A DNA stretch of 64,000 nucleotides, taken from the NCBI GenBank assembly GCA_951406725.2, contig OX597817.1:50220001-50284000 (forward strand), given 5' to 3'. The notes beneath the pieces are model-generated. The model had not been told where the DNA came from. It searched no databases and saw only the letters and a program-made list of their open reading frames with translations. How positions within the stretch are numbered: the first letter of the stretch is position 1; every line of letters starts with the position of its first letter. A program made the position numbers and the translations under genes. Positions 55,348 through 64,000 of the stretch are shown one piece after another. Source of the DNA: Octopus vulgaris. Lineage: Eukaryota.

Positions 55348-56514
55348 CTCACGCATACACATACAGGCATATGCGTTATGCACATGCGTAGTTCCCTGAG
55401 TAGAAACATGCTAAGGAAAGTCCCTATTGTACTCCTCATTTTCAACGGTCATGCATTCTAGTAATTGTTTAATTTTACAAATCTCTCTGTCCATGGTTTC
55501 GTGTCAACGAAAGCAATTATTATTTCAGATAGAATTTGGATACCTGTCCCTAGATTTAGGTTAATATTTGATTTGTTTCTCGTTAAGGTAAATGATGCTG
55601 TATAGGTGTAACTAATGGTAAATAAAGTATTGGTTGGCTTTGATTAAACGCAAGAAATTTATTAGAGAAAGTAAAGCTTGATGTCAAACACTGATCACTT
55701 TGTAAACTTATTTCATTATTTAATCCCTTCGTGAATAACATGCAGGTTACATACGTGATGTTTAATTCACGTTTGTGAAGCTTTAAGCTGGAGGTAGTTA
55801 AATCCATATTATACAAGGTATCCACTTAGCACGATTTTTGTCCGAAATAATATTCGCTGTTTTCTGAAACTAAGGGAATTTAATCGTTCAGCTGCCTTAT
55901 AAATCTAGAGTGCAATTAACAGGTTACGTTGCAATAAATTATTTTTTACGTTATTGTTCTAACTGCTGGAAATAGCAACCAAATGTCTTGCCCACCCGTC
56001 ATCAAAAAAAGAGACAGCCATATTCAACAGGCACCTAGAGACAAAGAAAAGCAATAAGAAAATGATGGATTATCATAGCTTGAACGCTTTGATCACAGCC
56101 ATATTTCAATGGTTCTCAATCATTTTTTCTTGTAGACTCCACTGAATCCTACTTTACCCAGATGGACTCCCATAGCCATTCGATGTTTTAAAAGTCGTAT
56201 AATATTTTTATAATCAGATATTATTAGGAATTGTATTAGAAAATGGTTAAAATATGTTTCGTATTGTAGAAAGAAGTATAACCAAATTATTGGAGATAAA
56301 TGTTAACAACAAAATCTTATACGGAAGCCCAAGGGCCATATGGACCCTTGGATCATATTGATCAGGGCTGAACCTGGAATGATAATTTAACGAACTACGA
56401 AGTAATTAATTCCACCATTTTGATTCGTAGTCATGGCGCAAAGTAACTAGGAATTCCGACTCGTTGGTGGAGGAAATTTTATAATGTTTTATATTGTTCT
56501 GCAGTATACTCTAC

Positions 56515-56677
56515 AAGCGCAGACCTGGCTTTGTAATTAAGAAGCTTGCATTGCGACTACCCGTTGTTGCGTTCATTTTCAATGCGTGGCACTTTGGCAA
56601 TTATCTTCTATTATAGCCCTGACCTGACAAATGCCTTGTCGGCTAATTTGGCAGACGAAAACTGTGTCGAGGCCTGT

Positions 56678-56680
<3 letters not shown>
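56515..56680 (+). mobile_element. SINE family B head, degenerate
   Basis: gcgtggcactttggcaattatcttctattatagcc..gcagacgaaaactg. Confidence 0.6.
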
Positions 56681-56721
<41 letters not shown>

Positions 56722-56948
56722 CAAAATATGTAACTGGATTTCAAGTTGTAATGCAGTACGACTGTTTCAAGCAACTCCATTTAATTGAACAGTGCAATCA
56801 TTACATCGCTATCTACATCTTAGAGCTTAGAGTGTGCTTCTTCTTTCGGATTTATGTTTTTAACAGACGATAAATTTCAAAATGTAACCACATGTGAATC
56901 CTTGGCGATTTTTTTGTACCGTCTTCTCTTTCTCTTGGACTTCTTCCT

Positions 56949-56980
56949 GTTTCTGAAGAGTTTCGCTCGAAACGTAAAAC
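56949..56980 (+). ncRNA. Minimal hammerhead ribozyme motif with an eroded stem II
   Basis: GUUU-CUGAAGA-G(UUUCGCU)C-GAAAC-GUA^AAAC; palindromic ACGU replaces helix III. Confidence 0.55.
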
Positions 56981-57168
56981 CACCTTTCTTTACTTTGCTG
57001 AACATCTGCCAATACTTTGCATGTATCACACCCTAGCGTTGTTTTATTCCCCCCCCACACACACACACACATGTATATATATATATATATATTCCATCCT
57101 CCTGCTCTCTTGAAAAATTTAAGAAATATTATTATTAAAGTATCTTGTCTGTTGAAGTTCCACGTTTC

Positions 57169-57255
57169 TGCAGCTGAAGATAGCGCTGTATTTAAAACCG
57201 ATGTAATGATTGCATTGTTCAATTAAACGGAGTCGCTTGAAACGGACGTACTGTA
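57169..57255 (+). ncRNA. Type I hammerhead ribozyme motif with a long loop 2
   Basis: UGCAG-CUGAAGA-U-AGCG(~48 nt)CGCU-U-GAAAC(GGAC)GU-A^CUGUA; predicted cleavage after 57250; inverted partial copy at 56716-56808. Confidence 0.7.
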
Positions 57256-57373
57256 TTACTACATGAAATCTTGTTATTTTGAGTTTATTCACCTTCGAGC
57301 TCCGCGGATAATACCGGACTGACTTGGTACTTCAATTTAAGTACCTAATTCAACTGAACCTCAGTTACTGAAC

Positions 57374-57405
<32 letters not shown>

Positions 57406-57453
57406 CACACATATACATACACCTACAATACATACATGCACACATACATGCAT

Positions 57454-57497
<44 letters not shown>

Positions 57498-57587
57498 CGT
57501 TGTGTCTGGGGAGACTCATTCTCTTTTGGTGCCATATAATTTAACACACTCACCGGTAAAATTTCCACTTATTTCTTTTTTATTTTT

Positions 57588-57624
57588 CTAAAATTTTCGT
57601 TGCGTCTTGTAACCTTTTCAATAG
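57588..57624 (-). ncRNA. Minimal hammerhead motif, U3-A8 variant
   Basis: Minus strand: CUA-UUGAAAA-G-GUUAC(AAGAC)GCAAC-GAAA-A-UU-U^UAG; one mismatch in stem II. Confidence 0.55.
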
Positions 57625-57637
57625 TTTTGACTAAAAT

Positions 57638-57674
57638 CTATTGATAAGTTTGCAAGAGGCAACGAAAATTTTAG
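57638..57674 (+). ncRNA. Minimal hammerhead motif, U3-A8 variant
   Basis: CUA-UUGAUAA-G-UUUGC(AAGAG)GCAAC-GAAA-A-UU-U^UAG; the only core change is at the free position 7. Confidence 0.55.
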
Positions 57675-57844
57675 AAAAATAAAAAAAGGAAAGAAAGAAG
57701 TGGAAATTTTACTGGTGAGTGTATAAAGCACCAAAAGAGAATGACACTCCCCAGACACAACAGAATATGCTTCAACAACGAACTCACATAAAGAATCTTG
57801 CAAACCAAATACGAAAACAAATCAGGTACTTGAACATATACATA

Positions 57845-57913
<69 letters not shown>

Positions 57914-58844
57914 GGTGTGTGTGAACTCGTGTGTGTTTGCGAATATATTTGCGTGTGTGTTTATATATGTGTCTTTGCGCTTGTGTTTCTCACGACGACC
58001 GGTATTGGTTTGTTTACACTCCTTAAATGAGAGGTTTGGCGAAAGAGACTCATTAGAATAAGCACCAAACTAAGAAAAAAACAAAAAATCACTCATTTCA
58101 ATTTATTCGATTAAACACTTCATAGTGATGCCCCAGCATGGCCACAATCCAACGAGTAAGATATAAAAGGTAAAGATAATAGCATTCACGATGTCACAAA
58201 TAAATGCTTCGTCCATAATGTGCAAATATGAAAACGGAATACCGTGTATTTAATACTTTTTTCTCAGAACATAAATGTTGTTCGCCATTGAAACGAAATA
58301 TCTCAAGCTGGATATCAAAATCTGTATGTTCAACTGATACCTAATAACGTCTCTGAAGAATTATAAAGTTTTAGTTCTTATTGAAAGTAGCTTCTTATTT
58401 CAGCTTCGTAGCTTAGACTACGAAGCCGAAATGAGGAGAATAACGATAGGAAAGAGAAAACTGGTTTGTACTTAAGTATTTCTAACGTTATCACCTTACG
58501 ACGTCGTTAACGTTGGTAGAAGCTACTAAAGAAAGGCATTGTAACTCAAGGATGAGATGCACAGAGAGAAATAAACGGCAGAAAAAGGAGAGAGAATTAC
58601 ATGCATAGACGCATGCGCGCGCAGACACGTACAAACATACATATATATGATACCCTGCCACCCATACACACATATATATACGTATATATGTATATATATA
58701 TATCAAGTGAGAGGGAGAGAGATACTTAGATACATATACATAACTATCTATCTATGTGTAGTTCTTTCTTTCTTTCTTACTAGCTATCCCTCTCTGCCTC
58801 TGTCTGTCTGTGTTTGTGTGTGTGTGTGTGTATGTGCTTGTTTG

Positions 58845-58985
58845 TTCGGGTGTATTTACGTCCCCCGTAACTTAGCGGTTCTGCAAAAGAGACAGGGTAA
58901 GTGCTACGCTCGATTACAATCCTTCAAAGCGGTGCCCCGGCATGGCCGCAGCCAAATAACTGAAGCGGGTAAAAGATGAAAATTA
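58845..58985 (+). mobile_element. SINE family B 3' part, degenerate (another lies at ~57960-58175)
   Basis: tttacgtcccccgtaacttagcggtt..gcggtgccccggcatggccgcag. Confidence 0.7.
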
Positions 58986-59002
58986 AAAGCTACACACACA
59001 CA

Positions 59003-59050
<48 letters not shown>

Positions 59051-59789
59051 CGCATACAGACACACACACGCACATTTTATGTATACTCGTACAAACACAA
59101 ATTATATCAAATATTAAAAGTGCAACATCATTTCTCTTTTGCTTTTAATGTTTTTTTTCTTTAAATGTGACCTATGTTGCAAAAACAAAAATAAGAGACC
59201 AAAATCGCCTAAGGAAAATGACATTTATCAGACTTTAAAAATACCATGAAAGCAGTTTCGAACATTCTGAATTCCTAAGATGATTTCCAAAAACTTTTTG
59301 TCATCTACATGTTTGCAGAACATAAGTTAAACTGGACGTAATATACATAAATTATATTAACTGCACATACGTTATTTGGATATGTCGACTTTGTGTACCT
59401 TTGAAATCACTAGACCAAGTGAATTATTTATTTCCGAAAATGTGCGCATAACCTTTTACTGTATCCCTTCCTTAATTGACAGTCAACAAATCCCTAGCGC
59501 ATCGTATAAGACTTTGTTTCTCGTGAATCGTTTTTATGAGATTTACTGTAGCTTTTGTTATAAACGAGTTTTTGCAAGACTATGGCGAATTTTGCAAGCA
59601 TTTAATATTGATATAGAACTTTGAGTTGTTTTTAGTGAATATTTTGCGATTAACTTTAGCTTGGTCATCTGCATTCATTGCAACATCAGTCTATGAATAT
59701 TTGAATTAAATACAAACGCCGTCATATGAGACTACAACTTCCTTACATTGTGTGATCTTACCATTTTATATTGATTAAAAATACATAAA

Positions 59790-60035
59790 TGCGCCATTTT
59801 AAAGCCTAGCCAGACTCATGGGCCCGGTTTCCCGGTTTCAATGGCGTATGTGTTCCCCAGCTGGACGGGACGCCACTCCATCGCAGCGTTACTAATTTTT
59901 GCCATTGAGTGGACAGAGCAACGTGAAATGAAGTGTTTTCCTCAAGAACACAACGCGTCGCCCGGTCTAGGAATCGAAACCACAATCTTACGATCATGAT
60001 GCTGACATCCTAACCACTAAGCCACGCGCCTCCAC
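59790..60035 (-). mobile_element. SINE related to family C
   Basis: tRNA head (gcgcgtggcttagtggttagg..ggtttcgattcc) and gcgatggagtggcgtcccgtccagctgggg core on the minus strand. Confidence 0.85.
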
Positions 60036-60920
60036 TTTTATATTGATTGGTTAATCTATTATGCCTGAATTTTATATTATTTATATAAAAGAATCCACAG
60101 ACATTTCCCCAGATATAACGGAAATATATTAGTCTGAGCAAGGACCGAACATGATATAATGTTCTAGGTAGATCTCAGTGGGAAGCATTTCGGCTTCTTT
60201 TTGTGGTCGTTATTATCAGAAAATTACATACAGTCAAGAAATAACTGACAAACAAGGGATTATGTTTGAATTCCATGAGATTATATGGAAAAGACATTGA
60301 GTTGGCCAGGTGTTATAATATCATTAGAAGCGATATCAGAACTAATTCTAACAAAATACAAGTTTTCATTGTAAGTTTGTAACCATCGTGTACGAACAGA
60401 AAGTGAACACACGCGGTAATATTTTCTCATTAAATATGCACATTTCTATTGTTTAACAAGCTGAAACTTCAAAGATTCTTGCTTTCAAGTATTGCGTAAC
60501 AGTGTAACGATTATTATAGAGAAAGGAGACTTAGAGTAGAATCAGAAATATTTGAATAATACGAAGGATTTAGCTTAAGCGAGAGGCAACACAAAAACAT
60601 AGTTACAAATTTTTATTGCATTCGAACATCTCTGCAGAAGTCATATATTTCCTAAGGTAATGAACATATAGTGAGATTTAATGAAGCTGTTGATCCTTTC
60701 TTATGAATAGGGGTCAGAGACGAGAGTGGACTGGCCGATGAAGTACCTTCGTTGAGGACTTCTTATAGAAAGAGAAGAGTATGTCGATGTTCCACGATCC
60801 TGTTTTACTATTTTCAATTTACATCAGTTCATAAAGTGTTTCAAGATTATCTTTGTGTCATCCGGTTCACTCTCAAACAAGGACACATACACACACACTC
60901 TATCTCGTTCTACCTGTCTG

Positions 60921-61009
<89 letters not shown>

Positions 61010-61649
61010 CTGTCTCTCTCTCACTCACTCTCTGCGCTATTTCTGCTTCTAATTTTCATATCGCTAAAACACCATTTGCCACTCTGAACTATCCAAATCT
61101 GAATATTTTTTTTTCCATTCCTTTAAATAGAAACGATAATACGAAACGAGGATAATGATGTTGATTCATTTATAATGTACAAAATATTGGTCTGTTTTCT
61201 CAACGAATGTAGCTTCAGTGAAAATAAATATTTTAAGTCATGGATTTAAAATCATGTTGATCTGAGATTTCCAACAAAATTTCATATCATCTTAACAAAA
61301 TGTTTTATGCATTATTTCTCTTCCCTTTTGCCAACTATTGCTTTTAATTCGAAAACTAATGAAAGATTTTGTATTATAGGACTAGAGGCAGTGATAGGCA
61401 GATCCATATCAAAATAGTTATCATGCTCAGGAAAATAAATTCGAACCTGTTGATGCATTTACGATCATTATTATTATTATTACTTTTAGATTTACTTGAT
61501 GCTTAATATTCCATTCATCTAATAATCATCCTTAAAACTTGTGCTAATTAAGCAATGTCGTACTTCACCTGAGATAGTCAAAAATGGTGAGGCCCGATAT
61601 TAATGCCATGTTTTAGCTCAAAGCCAACAACTACCTTTATGATTTAATT

Positions 61650-61940
61650 CTGGCACTTCGTCAGTTGCGACGACAGATTTTCCAGTTGATCTGACCAGCA
61701 GAACATCCTGCTCATGAAATCAACGTGTAAGTGCTGAGCATTCCATAGACACGCGTGCCTGTAAGATAGTTCTCAGGGAGATTCAGCGGGAAACAGCTCT
61801 TTGAAATACAGATTTTACATATTTGAGCCAGATGAGTGAACTGGAGCCACGTGAAATTGAGGGTCTTGCTCAAGGACACATCGAAATTACGACCTTAAAA
61901 TCGTGAACAGAATACCCTACCCACTGAGCCACGCGCCTTC
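61650..61940 (-). mobile_element. SINE family D
   Basis: tRNA-like head gaaggcgcgtggctcagtgg on the minus strand; body shared with 9160-9445. Confidence 0.7.
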
Positions 61941-61992
61941 AGTTTTGTTTTTATACCTATGATCTGTGGTATAAGATATTCAGAAGTATTAA

Positions 61993-62365
61993 AGCGGCTA
62001 GCTGGCAGAGACGTTAGCACGCCGGGCGAAATGCTTCGCGGTATTTCGTCTGCCGCTACGTTCTGAGGTCGACTTTGCCTTTCATCCTTTCGGTTAAATT
62101 AAGTACCAGTTACGCACTGGGGTCGATATAATCGACTTAATCCGTGTGTTTGTCCTCTCTGTGTTTAGCCCCTTGTGCGTAGTAAAGAAATAAGTATTTC
62201 GCCTGCCGTTACGTCCTGAGTTCAAATTCCGCCGTCGTCGACTTTGCCTTTCATTCTTTCGGTGTCGATAAATTAAATACCAGTTGCGTACAGGCGTCGA
62301 TCTAATCGACTGCTCCTCTCGTCCAAAATTTCGAACCTTATGCCTACAGTGAAAAAGGATATATT
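61993..62365 (+). mobile_element. SINE family A with a duplicated module
   Basis: gctggcagagacgttagcacgccgggcg...; gtcgactttgcctttcat occurs twice. Confidence 0.88.
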
Positions 62366-62517
62366 TTGCAATAAGTTAATACGAGGATGAATGATTTTTG
62401 CCTGCTTATTTAATGCTTTAAAATTTGGAAAACGATAATAATGTCCGAATAAAAGCACTGAACAGTGTCTTTTCTTTTGTCTTTCTCTGTTTCTCTACCT
62501 CTCTCCCTCACAGTGCT

Positions 62518-62527
62518 TGTATGTATG

Positions 62528-62603
<76 letters not shown>

Positions 62604-62702
62604 TAAGTATATCTATCACTGCCACTCCCCATCTGTCCCTCTGTCTCTCTCCTTCTCTTCCCGTCCTCTTCATCTCTCTTCCGTCGTCCACCCCTTTCTT
62701 TC

Positions 62703-62761
<59 letters not shown>

Positions 62762-62870
62762 GCATACACACACATATACATATATATATATATACGTACA
62801 AATATATATATGCTTACGCACACACACACACACACACACACTCACAAACAAACACACACGCACACACATA
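62518..62870. repeat. (TA)n/(GA)n/(TC)n/(CA)n microsatellite field
   Basis: Direct reading. Confidence 0.93.
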
Positions 62871-63563
62871 TTTGTTTAGTATTTCATTACAGCCACTCTA
62901 TTATATTCTGCTATTGTCATGTTTTCGCTGACCGTGATCGTGTGAATAGAGGTCATGTTTTCACATTGATTGGCAATAACACTCCATAAAGACTTGTTCG
63001 AGGGAATCTTACAATATACAGAATGACAGACTTATTCGTTCCACTACATGGCACACACTATCGATATCTATCACTCACATGAACCATCGTATGGTATTGC
63101 TCTTAGCGTTTTCTATGACAGAAGTGATTATTTTCGTTGCATGTGCCATAGTTTTCTCATTTCTCTGAGTATTTGCTGATATTTTTTAACAATTTCTTTT
63201 TGTTTTCCCATTTCTTTATATTTGTATCATTGTTGTATTGAACAGTCTATGATCCTATTTGCTGCGACATCTGCAAAGATTCCCGAACGATGAGAAAGTA
63301 CTGGTGTGTGAGTGTGCATGTGTGTGTCTGTTTTTGTGTGTGTGCTAAGTATTTTACTCTAGAAATCGCCTCAGACGAAGCTACAGTTCTATATGATACA
63401 TAAACTAAGAATAGCTGTCTGACAAGTTCAATATCGAACTTCAACGTGAACGGCTGAACTGGGCTTTAAATTGATTTGCATCCCTCTCATTGGTTGGCGG
63501 TACAACCATACCTGTATAGGTTTCTAGGGCCGACAATGCCCTCCCAGCGGCACCGCAATCCAA

Positions 63564-64000
63564 TCTATTATATAAAATCCGTCCTGTCTGTCTGTGTCTT
63601 CTAGGATCTAGGGCATCCTCCATCCAATTGCGCTCAAATTTGATATGTAGATACCGACGGTATTAGGGCGTGTATAAATTTTGAAAAAGTTACAAAAATC
63701 GATTCCAGGTGAGAATGCAATCGATAAAGCCGTGAGAACGTGCATTTTGTACGCACAAGTATATCAGCTGTTGCGATCGATACTACGATTACGCGACAAA
63801 AATGCATGTGTAGTTTGCGCAAAAAAAGCCGGCTGGCTTGAAATAATGCCACAAAATGCAGTATGTTTAGGAGACCAAAAAAGTAAGATGCAAAAGAGAT
63901 ATTTTCTTCAAACTTGGCATGAAGGAAGGAAATAAAGACTATTTGGTTTCTCAAGAAGTTTTTTTTTTGCTTTAACTTCGTTTAACAAAACCAAAAATTT
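63564..64000 (+). mobile_element. Probable non-autonomous Helitron 5' part (different family), cut by the window edge
   Basis: A|TCTATTATATAAAA followed by (TCTG)n, a start typical of non-autonomous Helitrons; the 3' end is not visible. Confidence 0.55.

Larger units (their letters stand above)
57497..57835. mobile_element. Head-to-head inverted Penelope-like pseudo-LTR pair in (TA)n
   Basis: Arms of ~125 bp at 57497-57625 and 57638-57762; same family as 25140-25385. Confidence 0.65.

Noticed and set aside
56105-56350. Possible hAT-type MITE (caatggttctcaa start)
   Set aside because: No matching right TIR or 8-bp TSD could be identified.

Overview
This is AT-rich, repeat-saturated animal DNA. 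The tRNA-derived SINE families and dense TA/CA/TATC/TAA microsatellites look like an octopus (coleoid cephalopod) genome; this is an inference from recalled repeat sequences, not a database search. I found no convincing host protein-coding gene, and most short ORFs in the track are microsatellite artefacts. Contents: (1) a 7.4-kb head-to-tail pile-up of 5'-truncated non-LTR retrotransposons with a restriction-like endonuclease (RLE; R4/Dong-like), each sitting in a (TAA)n tract; (2) a second RLE group sitting in (TACA)n; (3) a near full-length, decayed Tx1/L1-clade LINE plus RTE and CR1-like fragments; (4) a DD37D (maT) Tc1/mariner element, mariner remnants, five non-autonomous Helitrons and more than 20 SINEs. 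The most interesting signal is a set of short non-coding inserts in or beside (TA)n tracts that carry type I hammerhead ribozyme motifs read directly from the sequence. There are six motifs from five unrelated families, including minimal, probably dimer-dependent forms and a U3-A8 compensatory core variant. Several lie in head-to-head inverted arrangements typical of Penelope-like pseudo-LTRs. All folds were done by eye and activity is untested.
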